From NCBI GenBank assembly GCA_041166085.1, contig JBEEFP010000056.1, positions 48,449-112,448 of the forward strand: a stretch of DNA of 64,000 nucleotides. The letters are read 5' to 3'. Positions 30,208 through 39,183 of this stretch are shown here, piece by piece (position 1 is the stretch's first letter; every line of letters starts with the position of its first letter). The position numbers and the translations under genes were made by a program. Under the pieces are notes generated by a model. The model was not told where the DNA came from. It saw only the letters and a list, made by a program, of their open reading frames with translations, and did no database searches. Source of the stretch: Actinomycetota bacterium. GTDB taxonomy: Bacteria; Actinomycetota; Acidimicrobiia; Acidimicrobiales; JAFATL01.

Positions 30208-33200
30208 TCAGTCCCGTTGCTCGCGACCGCGACGGAACAGTCCCTTGGCCAGCCGAAAGGCGGGCATCACGAACGAGCCCCGGATCAGCGCGAGGCGCCT
30301 GTCCTGATGGGCGATGGTGGCTTCCATCTCCTCGATGTGGGCGCGTAGTGCGGCCACCTCGCCGAGCCGCGCCTCGAGGTCACGACTGAGCCCCGAGATG
30401 CGCTCTTCGTCGGCGCGTATGACCGCAGCGGCCGTGTCCATGTTGGCGGCCGGATGACGGACCGTGCGCCGTGCCTGCCAGCGCCAGGGCTCGTGCAGCA
30501 CCCTGCGGATGGGGGCCACCGCCCTGCGCCAGGTGTAGGCGGAAGCGAGCTCCTCGGCCCGTGCTCCCGATCGTGCGCGAAGCTCTGCGTCCTGCAAGAG
30601 GCGCACAAGGGCATCGGCCATCGGCCGAGCGGCACCCGGTGGAACGGTGAGTCCCGCTCGATGCACCCGGATCTCTGCCGCGAACGGGTCGGCCGTCGTG
30701 CAGACGACGGGCAGTCCCGCCCAGAGATGGTCGAGCACTGGAGACCGGGATGCCCCACTCGCGCCCGGAACCACGCTGACATCGGCGGCGGCGAGGAGCG
30801 CCTCGCGTTCCTCCTGGCTGTCGACCGCCCTGATCGACATCCCCGGCAAGCCGCTTTGCGCGGGAGAAGACATGGCGAGCTCGACGGGAAGCGGGGCCGC
30901 GTCGCTCGAGTCTGGGCCGTGGACGATCACGAGCTTGGCGTTGGGGACTCGCTCGAGAACGGTCCTGAACGCGTCGATCACAAGCCGCGCCTCCGCGGTC
31001 TGGGTGCCGCGGCTCTCCCAGAGGACGACGAGGTCACGCGGGGCCAAACCGGGCAGCCGCCCGAGCACGGAGGGGTCACGGTGGGGCCTTCGGTCGGGCA
31101 CGCCGTCCGGTACGACATCGATCAAGTCGTGCAGCGTCGGATCGGCCGAGGGGATCGAGTGGTCCGTCCTTCCGACGGCGGCCAGTCTTCCCAGCCAGTA
31201 CAGACGACTCGACTCGCTGGCACACGTGAAGAAATCCGCGGTTGCCAACACGTGCTCGAAGGAACCATCGCCCGGCTCGCCCAGATCGGCCACCACGACG
31301 GCCGGCGCGTCCATGACGGACGGGTGCTCGTCGAGGAGCGATGCTGGGATCACAACCACCTGGGACTCGAGCGCGAGCCGGCGCAGGTGCTGGCCGTCCT
31401 CGTACCGCGTCAGATCGACCCCCTCGACGTCGAGACTCGCCGTCACGGAGTACGCGATCGTCACCGAGACGTCGGGCACCAACGCCCGCGCCATCCCTGA
31501 GGCCCGGCCGTCGACGCGTGATCGATTTGCCGCATCGGGCGGCGCTACGACCAGAACACCACCGGCTTCGGATCGCCGCAGCGCCGGACCGAGCGCCATG
31601 CCGGACAGGATGCGGTGCTGCGCGACCAGGTACTCGTGCTCGACGAGGGCCGACCGGTGGGGCGTGCGGAAGAGCGGCAATACGTCGTCGTCAGAGCGCA
31701 CGCGTGCGAGTTGGATCCTCGTGCGCTCGGCCATGAGGTCGTCGAAGTCGTCGATCACCTGCGACACGGCATGCAGATGGGCCAGCGCGAGCCGGGGGAC
31801 CTCTTCCCTCTCGGACGCGTCGCCCCCGAGCCGGTACGCCGCGTCGTCGAGCTGGCCGCGCACCAGAGCACGCTTGATCAGCAGGAGCAACGAGGGTCCG
31901 AGGACCTGGCCGAGATGGACTTCGTCGTAGTTCTTGATGATCATGCGCAGGGCGTTGCGCTCGTACAGCAACATGCGCTGGTGCTCCGGGAAGCGGGACG
32001 AGGTCCCATGGAGGCGGTGGTACGTCTTGGCCCTCGACGCCAGGCGGACCTTGTGGCCGAGGAGCCAAAGGCGCCAGCCGAAGTCAACGTCCTCGAAGTA
32101 GGCGAAGAATTTCGGGTCGAACCCGCCGGACTGAAGGTAGACCTCGCGGCTGACGAGCATCGACCCTCCGCACGCGAAGAGCAGGTCCTGACGGTCCTCC
32201 ACATCAGCCAACTGGATGGGAGTACCGAACCCCACCTGATGCGCCATGCCGTTGAAGCTCACCGCGCCACCGCCGAAGTCGAGCTTCGTGCCGTCCCACG
32301 ACAGAATCTGTCCCGCGACACAGGTGTAACCGTCCTCCGGAGCAAATGCATCCACCAGCTCCGTGAGCCATGCGGTGTCAGCACGCATGTCGTTGTTGAT
32401 CAGCGCGACGCAATCTCCGGTGGCGGCCTCGACACCCGTCTGTACCGCTGGAGCGAAGCCGGTGTTCTCCGCCTGCGGCAGCACCTTCACCCAGGGATAC
32501 TCCGCCGCGAGGAGGTCCAACGAACCGTCCGTCGAGCCGTTGTCGACGACGACCACCTCAGTGCGTCCCTCGGGGTAGTCCTGGGCCGCAATGGAGTCCA
32601 GGCAGGCACCCAGGTGCTCGCGGCCGTTCAGATTGACGACGATCACCGACACGCGGGGACGGCCGTCGCGGTCGCGCCGTGCGCGCACGTCATCGTGATC
32701 CGCCAACGGTCGCACCGCATCGAACGCGGCGAGGAGCGATCGCGAGAGCTGCCCGGTGGAGCCCGGGTCGTCCTGGTGCGTCGCACACCACGCCCTGGCC
32801 GCGGATCGCACGTCGAGGGGGTTCTCGCCGGACGGCAGCGCTGCCGCAAGACTGAGCCCGAGATTCGTCAATCGCTCGACCTCCTCGGCGACGGCGGCGG
32901 GCGGCTCGACGGGCTGGAGCGGCGGAAGGTCGACGACCGCCGAGCCGGGGCGCAACACGACCGTCCGGCGATAGTGCGGCGGCTGATGGTCCGGCTCCTG
33001 GAGCAAGGCGTTTATGGCCGCATCGAAGGCAACATGGTCGGTTCCGGCGCCACACGCCACGAGAGCGCTCTTCACGAGATAGAAGCCCAGCCAGTGGTAG
33101 AGCCACCCGTCGCCGTGGACGTGGTGTTCGATCCCCTCTTCGACAAGCCAAGCCACGAGACCGTCGAGGTCGGGCAGACCGAGCTCGGCATGCTCGTCCA

Positions 33201-33657
33201 GAGCATTGAGCGAGTGGCCCACTCGTGTCGCAAACTGCGCATTGACGAGCTGCTCGCAACGCGCCGTCCGAGGATCGTCGAACGGGGCGACGAGGACAAC
33301 CGGCCCCCGGCTCACTCGAAGCAGCTCCTTGACGAAGTCGACTCGGCGGTTCGCAGCGAGGTGCTCGAACACGTCGTGCGCGCCGATCAGGTCGAAGGAG
33401 TCGGACGCAAAGGGCAGCTCGAAGCCCGAGCCGACAACGGCCTGATGTTCAGAGAGCACGGGCGGATCGTCCGCGTAGACGTCCAAGGACACCGTGTGGT
33501 CATCGGGAAAGACGGACGCGATGACGCCCGCCGGGTCGCCGACGTCCAGGATCCGCAGTGGGGCGGCGCCGAGGTGACCGGCTCGCAGTGCGTGGATGTG
33601 TGAGTACCGGCCGAACAGGTCGAAGCTGGACGCCTCGAGGCGATGCACGCTGATCAA
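30208..33657 (-). CDS. Multidomain methyltransferase-GT2-GT4-like-coiled-coil protein
   Basis: ILDVG...LPFASDSFD...EHL; VSVIVVNLNG, VDNGSTD, INND, FEDVDFGW; GT4-like domain; terminal coiled coil; start about 33657 or 33648. Confidence 0.85.
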   Translation of the reverse strand: MISVHRLEASSFDLFGRYSHIHALRAGHLGAAPLRILDVGDPAGVIASVFPDDHTVSLDVYADDPPVLSEHQAVVGSGFELPFASDSFDLIGAHDVFEHLAANRRVDFVKELLRVSRGPVVLVAPFDDPRTARCEQLVNAQFATRVGHSLNALDEHAELGLPDLDGLVAWLVEEGIEHHVHGDGWLYHWLGFYLVKSALVACGAGTDHVAFDAAINALLQEPDHQPPHYRRTVVLRPGSAVVDLPPLQPVEPPAAVAEEVERLTNLGLSLAAALPSGENPLDVRSAARAWCATHQDDPGSTGQLSRSLLAAFDAVRPLADHDDVRARRDRDGRPRVSVIVVNLNGREHLGACLDSIAAQDYPEGRTEVVVVDNGSTDGSLDLLAAEYPWVKVLPQAENTGFAPAVQTGVEAATGDCVALINNDMRADTAWLTELVDAFAPEDGYTCVAGQILSWDGTKLDFGGGAVSFNGMAHQVGFGTPIQLADVEDRQDLLFACGGSMLVSREVYLQSGGFDPKFFAYFEDVDFGWRLWLLGHKVRLASRAKTYHRLHGTSSRFPEHQRMLLYERNALRMIIKNYDEVHLGQVLGPSLLLLIKRALVRGQLDDAAYRLGGDASEREEVPRLALAHLHAVSQVIDDFDDLMAERTRIQLARVRSDDDVLPLFRTPHRSALVEHEYLVAQHRILSGMALGPALRRSEAGGVLVVAPPDAANRSRVDGRASGMARALVPDVSVTIAYSVTASLDVEGVDLTRYEDGQHLRRLALESQVVVIPASLLDEHPSVMDAPAVVVADLGEPGDGSFEHVLATADFFTCASESSRLYWLGRLAAVGRTDHSIPSADPTLHDLIDVVPDGVPDRRPHRDPSVLGRLPGLAPRDLVVLWESRGTQTAEARLVIDAFRTVLERVPNAKLVIVHGPDSSDAAPLPVELAMSSPAQSGLPGMSIRAVDSQEEREALLAAADVSVVPGASGASRSPVLDHLWAGLPVVCTTADPFAAEIRVHRAGLTVPPGAARPMADALVRLLQDAELRARSGARAEELASAYTWRRAVAPIRRVLHEPWRWQARRTVRHPAANMDTAAAVIRADEERISGLSRDLEARLGEVAALRAHIEEMEATIAHQDRRLALIRGSFVMPAFRLAKGLFRRGREQRD

Positions 33658-33659
33658 CC

Positions 33660-35045
33660 CTACCGGGGAGGTCGGCCCGCCAGCGATCGCAACGTGTGAC
33701 CCACACGGCTGGCAGCCTTGCGCACGACCTGGCGCACACCGCCCCGCCGGAAGTGGTCGATCGTGATGGTCATGTCGCGGCGCCAACCCCGTGGCGCGGC
33801 CAACGCCGACCGACTGCGTTCGAGCGCGAGGGCGATGGCGTCGTCGGTCCGGTCGGGCGCGACGGAGGGGTTCCTGCAGAACGTCAACAGTGGCTCCAGC
33901 ACCTTGTCCCACGCGAAGTCCGGGGCGACCTCCTCGACATGCTTGCGACAAGTCGTACGCAGGTCGGCGTCACCGAGGATGCGCAACAGCGCCGCTGCCA
34001 GCGCCTCGACGTCCTGAGCCGGCACTGTCAAGCCGAGCTGGCGCTGCTCAACCAGCTCGGCAAAGGAGTCGCCCTGGGTGGTGACGATCGGCAGACCCGC
34101 CCACAGGTAGTCGAGGATCCGGGTTCGGAACGAGAACTCGGTCTCGAGATGGTCGAGATGGGTGCTGACGCCGACGTCCGCTTCGAGCAGATAGTCGTGG
34201 CGACGGTCGTAGGGGACCCATCCCTCGTTGAAGAAGACGTGCGAACCCGTCAGTCCGAGCTCGTCCGAGAGCCGTCTGGCGTCCAGCGCCATCCGCATCG
34301 TCGGCACGTTGGGATGTTGCACTCCCATGAACAGCAGGCGAGCGGTCGGCCATCGTGACCGGAGCGTGTTCATCGCGCGTATGAGCGTGAGCGGATCGAA
34401 CCAGTTGTAGATGCCACCGCCCCACAGGAGCAGGTCGTCGTGCGGGCCGATCCCAGGGATCACGCCCTTGACCGCAGGGGCGGATGGCGACGGACGCGTC
34501 TCCTGCAGCCCGAAGGGCACGACCGCGAGACGAGAGCCGAGGCTGCCGTCCTCGTCGTAGGTCGCGGGATTGACGCGCCCGAGCGCAGACAAATGGCCGA
34601 GCCAGAGGGCGCGTTGCTTGGCACTCGCGCACATGAAGAAGTCGCCTCTCAGCAACTGGTCGTTCAACACCACCACCGCGTGCCGCACGATGCGCTCGCG
34701 GCTCTCGCTGTCCGTGTCTCGCGTCTGCTCCAGTTGCTCGAGGTGCATGGGGTCATACACGTCGACGACCATGACCTTGGCCGAGCCACCGAGGAACGGA
34801 AACCCGTCCAGCACCGTCCCCTGGAAGATGAAAACGTCGCACCATTGCTCGAGATGGCGCACGGCATCGGAGGTCGTGGCCGTTTCAGTGGTGAACCGGT
34901 CGTCGCTGAGGGAACACGAGGTCGTGGAGGCGAGCCGGACGTCGTGCTCGCGTGACAACGCGGCGGCGACGTGCCATGCCCGAATGGCAGGCCCGGCCAT
35001 GCGCGTGCCCACTACATCCGTCGTGACGACCGCGATGCGACTCAA
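33660..35045 (-). CDS. GT4-family glycosyltransferase
   Basis: MAGPAIR, DVYDP, WGGGIYNWFDP, HLETEFSFRTRILDYLWAGLP. Confidence 0.85.
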   Translation of the reverse strand: MSRIAVVTTDVVGTRMAGPAIRAWHVAAALSREHDVRLASTTSCSLSDDRFTTETATTSDAVRHLEQWCDVFIFQGTVLDGFPFLGGSAKVMVVDVYDPMHLEQLEQTRDTDSESRERIVRHAVVVLNDQLLRGDFFMCASAKQRALWLGHLSALGRVNPATYDEDGSLGSRLAVVPFGLQETRPSPSAPAVKGVIPGIGPHDDLLLWGGGIYNWFDPLTLIRAMNTLRSRWPTARLLFMGVQHPNVPTMRMALDARRLSDELGLTGSHVFFNEGWVPYDRRHDYLLEADVGVSTHLDHLETEFSFRTRILDYLWAGLPIVTTQGDSFAELVEQRQLGLTVPAQDVEALAAALLRILGDADLRTTCRKHVEEVAPDFAWDKVLEPLLTFCRNPSVAPDRTDDAIALALERSRSALAAPRGWRRDMTITIDHFRRGGVRQVVRKAASRVGHTLRSLAGRPPR

Positions 35046-35157
35046 CCGTCCTCGCTCGGCTGTGGTCGACCAACTACGCGGGAGTGCAGTTCGTCCAAGG
35101 CAAGGGCACGCTATCCGACCACCCTGAGCGCCCCTTTCGCAGTGTTCACGAGGCGCG

Positions 35158-36345
35158 TCACCGCCTTTTCAAGAAGTACGGCGCGGCTCCCGTGAGGGCG
35201 CGCATCCGGCGCCTGACGATGACGGCCGACGGGCGCCGCCCGTGCAGGATCCGGAGCACGATGTCACGACGGGCGTACGACCCAGTGACGAGGAGGTGAC
35301 GGGCGCCCGCCCGAAGTGCTTCACGCCGCCCCGCATGCCGTCGCAGCACGATGAGGCGGTTGCGCTCGATGAGGATGTCGGTCAGCGCGGAGCGCCCGGC
35401 TGAGGCCTGGTGGACATGATGGGCGACGGCCGCCGGCTCGCAGACGTAGCGCCAGCCCCGACCCCTGCCTCGCCACGCGTGGTCGAGATCCTCGTAGTAG
35501 AGGAAGAGCCGATGGTCCAGCGGACCGACGTCGTCGAGGTACGCGCGACGCAGGAGGACGGCCGAGCCGGTCCACGCGAAGATCTCGGCGCGATCGTCAT
35601 ACTGCCCGTGGTCGACCTCGAGGTACCCGCGGTCGGCACCGAATCCGTCATCGGTGACGAGCAAGCCCGCGCTGTTGAGCACATCATTTGGCGGTCCCCA
35701 CGTGGGCGCCGGCTCCCAGGACAACGAGCCTCCGTCGCGTCCGACGAGAAGGTAGACCGGCGCTCCGTCCGGTACGCGCACGAGCGCTGGCCCGAGTGAC
35801 CACTGATAGGCGACGCCCCGGTCGTAGCTCGGTCCGACCCACCCGTCGACGAACTGCAGACGGCTCCACACGTCTACGCCATCCTGGCGGGCGCCCCATA
35901 CCTGCGTCCGACCCTCGAACTGGACGTCGCGGAAGCGGCCGGCAAAGAGCACCTTGGCATTCACCGCGCCGATGCGGGGGTCCGCCGCCATGGCCGCGAC
36001 CAGCGAGCTGAGCCAGTTCGGATCGGCTGTCGCATCCGGATTCAGGAGTGCGATGTGGTCCGCCGGGTCGGCATGCTGCACCCCGAGGTTGACACCGCCT
36101 GCGAAGCCGAGGTTGGACCCAGCGTCCACGACACACACCTCGGGCCACGTCGCGCGCACCAATGCGGATACTCCGTCGTTGGACGCGGTGTCCACGAGGA
36201 CGATGCGCAGCCGTTCCGACGGGTAGTTCTGGGCGCGGAGGGACGCGAGGCTCGCCATGGTGAGCTGGCCGCCGTCGTGATTGACCACGACAGCCCCGAC
36301 CGATGGCGTATCGCCTGTCATCGTCCCACACCCTGCCATGCCCAT
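35158..36345 (-). CDS. GT2 glycosyltransferase (rhamnosyltransferase-like) with internal insertion
   Basis: NLGFAGGVN, LLNPD, [insert], FLYYEDLD. Confidence 0.85.
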   Translation of the reverse strand: MGMAGCGTMTGDTPSVGAVVVNHDGGQLTMASLASLRAQNYPSERLRIVLVDTASNDGVSALVRATWPEVCVVDAGSNLGFAGGVNLGVQHADPADHIALLNPDATADPNWLSSLVAAMAADPRIGAVNAKVLFAGRFRDVQFEGRTQVWGARQDGVDVWSRLQFVDGWVGPSYDRGVAYQWSLGPALVRVPDGAPVYLLVGRDGGSLSWEPAPTWGPPNDVLNSAGLLVTDDGFGADRGYLEVDHGQYDDRAEIFAWTGSAVLLRRAYLDDVGPLDHRLFLYYEDLDHAWRGRGRGWRYVCEPAAVAHHVHQASAGRSALTDILIERNRLIVLRRHAGRREALRAGARHLLVTGSYARRDIVLRILHGRRPSAVIVRRRMRALTGAAPYFLKRR

Positions 36346-36356
36346 AGGCTCTCGTT

Positions 36357-37289
36357 GTGATCACGGCTGTGGCAGGTGGGGTCGGAGCCGCGCGGTTCCT
36401 TCACGGCCTCATCGACGTCGTCCCGCCCGAGGACGTCACCGCCATCGTGAACACGGGCGACGACATCGTCCTCCACGGGCTTCACATCAGCCCTGATCTC
36501 GACACCGTGACGTACACGTTGGCCGATGCCGTCAACGGCGAGACGGGCTGGGGTCTCGCCGGCGAATCATGGCGCGTGATGGACGAGCTGGAGCTGCGAG
36601 GCGGCGAATCGTGGTTCCGCCTCGGCGACCGTGACCTGGCCACCCACCTTTATCGCACCCAGTGCCTGCACCGTGGCCAACCCCTGAGCGAGGTGACTGC
36701 AGCGCTCGCGCGATCGTTCGGGCTCGGGCTCCGAGTCATTCCGATGAGCGATGACCGGGTCGAGACACGCGTGACTGTCGAGGGTGGCGTCGAGATCGGC
36801 TTCCAGGAGTACTTCGTCGCCCGCCAGCATGCCGTAGCCATTTCCGCTGTCAGGTTCGCGGGGGTCGAGACGGCCGCACCTGCGCCCGGCGTCGTCGAGG
36901 CCATCGTCGATGCAGACCGCGTGGTGATCTGTCCGTCCAATCCCATCGTGTCCATCGGGCCCATCATCGCCGTACCGCGGGTGCGCGCCGCCATCGAGTC
37001 GGCCAGAGATCGCACGATCGCCATCTCCCCGATCGTCGCGGGTGCGGCCCTGAAGGGGCCGGCTGATCGCATGCTCGCCGAGCTGGGCCACGAGGCGTCG
37101 GTCGTCGGCGTCGCACGGCTGTACTCGCCACTGGCGCGCGCGCTGGTCGTGGACCAGGCCGACGCCGCCCTGGCTGATGCCGTGGAGGCCGAGGGGATGG
37201 CGTGCATCGTGACGCCGACGATCATGCGCAGCCGGGTCGAGGCGGCCGCGCTCGCGCGGGTCGTGCTCGAGGGCGAACGAGTGGCGTGA
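36357..37289 (+). CDS. cofD: 2-phospho-L-lactate transferase (F420 biosynthesis)
   Basis: AGGVGAARF, NTGDD, ISPDLDTVTY, WFRLGDRDLATH, FQEYFV, PSNP.VSIGP, KGPAD. Confidence 0.96.
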   Translation: MITAVAGGVGAARFLHGLIDVVPPEDVTAIVNTGDDIVLHGLHISPDLDTVTYTLADAVNGETGWGLAGESWRVMDELELRGGESWFRLGDRDLATHLYRTQCLHRGQPLSEVTAALARSFGLGLRVIPMSDDRVETRVTVEGGVEIGFQEYFVARQHAVAISAVRFAGVETAAPAPGVVEAIVDADRVVICPSNPIVSIGPIIAVPRVRAAIESARDRTIAISPIVAGAALKGPADRMLAELGHEASVVGVARLYSPLARALVVDQADAALADAVEAEGMACIVTPTIMRSRVEAAALARVVLEGERVA

Positions 37290-37981
37290 TGCTGTCGGTC
37301 CTCCCCGTCACCGGCCTGCCCGAGCTCCGCCCAGGCGATGAGCTCGCTGAGCTCATCGTCGAACGAGCGGCGCTCCACGAAGGCGACGTCGTGGTGGTGA
37401 CCCAGAAGGCAGTCTCGAAAGTCGAGGGCAGGCTGGTCGCGGTCGACCCCGACGATCCGCTCGCGCACAAGCAACTCGTCGAGCGCGAATCGGTGCGGGT
37501 CCTGCGCCGGCGGGGCGACCTCGTGATCAGCGAGACGCGCCATGGCTTCGTGTGTGCGAACGCGGGCGTCGACCTCTCGAACGTCGAGCGGGGTTCGGCA
37601 GCACTCCTGCCCGTCGACTCGGACCGCTCGGCCCGCCGCGTTCGCGACGGCCTGCAGGCAAGGACGAACGTCAACCTCGGCGTGGTCGTCACGGACACGT
37701 TCGGACGCGCCTGGCGCCGGGGGGTCACCGACGTCGCCATCGGCTGTGCCGGAGTGGCGGCTGTCGTGGATCTGCGGGGCACCGCCGATGCGCTCGGCCA
37801 CGAACTGCAGGCGACGGAGATCGCAGTGGCCGACGAGATCGCCGCAGCCGCTGATCTCGTCATGGGCAAGGCGCGAGGAATCCCGGTCGCCATCGTCCGC
37901 GGGCTCGACCCGATCTGGCTGCGCGAAGGCTCCGTCGCGGAGGAGATCGTCCGGCCGCCGCACGAGGACTTGTTCCGATGA
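37289..37981 (+). CDS. cofE: Coenzyme F420-0:L-glutamate ligase
   Basis: GLPELRPGD, QKAVSKVEG, CANAGVDLSN, DTFGRAWRRG, ADEIAAAADLVMGK, DLFR. Confidence 0.96.
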   Translation: MLSVLPVTGLPELRPGDELAELIVERAALHEGDVVVVTQKAVSKVEGRLVAVDPDDPLAHKQLVERESVRVLRRRGDLVISETRHGFVCANAGVDLSNVERGSAALLPVDSDRSARRVRDGLQARTNVNLGVVVTDTFGRAWRRGVTDVAIGCAGVAAVVDLRGTADALGHELQATEIAVADEIAAAADLVMGKARGIPVAIVRGLDPIWLREGSVAEEIVRPPHEDLFR

Positions 37982-38032
37982 CGATGTCCGAACGGCGACC
38001 GCGCCCTGAGCCCTCCGGGTAGGTTCGCCCGG

Positions 38033-39124
38033 ATGCGCATCGGCTTCGACGGCACGCCGCTGCTCGGTCCCAGGACAGGTGTGGGCTGGTACACGGCCGA
38101 GCTCATCGACGCGCTGTCGATGTCCGCTCCCGACGACGAACGCCTCGTGCTGCCCATCTCGTGGCGAACGGCGCGCCAGCTCGAAATCGATCTCCCCAAC
38201 ACCACCGTCGTCCGCCGGTTCATGCCGGCACGTCCCCTGCAGCTGATGTGGGACCGCACCCGCTATCCGCCTCTGGAGTGGTTCCTGAAATGCGACGTCT
38301 TCCACGCACCGAACTACATCGCCCCGCCGACCCGGCACACACCGGTGGTCGTGACCGTGCACGACCTCGCATTCGTCCGCCATCCCGAGACCTGTCTCCC
38401 GCCCGTCAAGGCGTTCGCCCATCTTCTGCCACCCGTGCTGCGCCGGGCCGCGGAAGTGATCGCCGTGTCGCGATTCACGGCCGACGAGCTCGGCGAATGG
38501 CTTCCCGAGGTGCGCGACCGGATCACCGTCATCCCCAACGGGGGACATCGACGGGTGCAGCCGACGTCATCGGCGCTGCCGCCGGGCCCGCCGTACGTCC
38601 TGCTGCTGGGCACCCTGGGCCGCCGCAAGAACCTCCCGCTCCTGTTGGACGCGTATGTGGCCCTGCGGAGGACAGGTCTCGAGCTGCGGCTCGTCCTCGC
38701 CGGCGCGCCGGACCCGTTGGTGGATGTCCCTGGCTTGCTCCGCGAACGGAACCTGACCGAGGGAGTGACACTCACGGGCTACATCGACGACGGTCGCGCT
38801 GCAGCCTTGCTCGAGGAGGCGGCCGTGCTCGCCTTCCCGTCGCTCTATGAAGGATTCGGGATGCCGCTCATCGAGGCCATGGACGCGGGCACCCCGGTGG
38901 TGGCCGCTCGCTCGGGCGCCACGGCGGAGACTGTCGCGAACGCGGCCGTGCTCGTCGAGCCCGACGACGTGGACGGGTTCGCCGCGGCCATCGCGTCGGT
39001 GCTCGAGGACGCCACGACAAGGAAGCAACTGGTGGACGCGGGACGGCTGCGAGCCGGCGACTTCAGCTGGGCCCGCACGGCATCGGACACCCGCGCCGTC
39101 TACCTGCGGGCGGCGGCACCATGA
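38033..39124 (+). CDS. GT4 glycosyltransferase
   Basis: RTGVGWY, VTVHDL, GTL.RRKN, PSLYEGFGMPLIEAM. Confidence 0.92.
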   Translation: MRIGFDGTPLLGPRTGVGWYTAELIDALSMSAPDDERLVLPISWRTARQLEIDLPNTTVVRRFMPARPLQLMWDRTRYPPLEWFLKCDVFHAPNYIAPPTRHTPVVVTVHDLAFVRHPETCLPPVKAFAHLLPPVLRRAAEVIAVSRFTADELGEWLPEVRDRITVIPNGGHRRVQPTSSALPPGPPYVLLLGTLGRRKNLPLLLDAYVALRRTGLELRLVLAGAPDPLVDVPGLLRERNLTEGVTLTGYIDDGRAAALLEEAAVLAFPSLYEGFGMPLIEAMDAGTPVVAARSGATAETVANAAVLVEPDDVDGFAAAIASVLEDATTRKQLVDAGRLRAGDFSWARTASDTRAVYLRAAAP

Positions 39125-39183
39125 CCAGATCGGCTTGCAGCGGGCGCGAACATGGGCGCCTCCCGACCCCCCGAGGTGGAAGC

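Noticed and set aside
36357-37981. Functional link between F420 synthesis and the glycan locus
   Set aside because: cofD-cofE adjacency to manC/wbbL/rmlD is conserved actinobacterial synteny; no F420-dependent enzyme seen here
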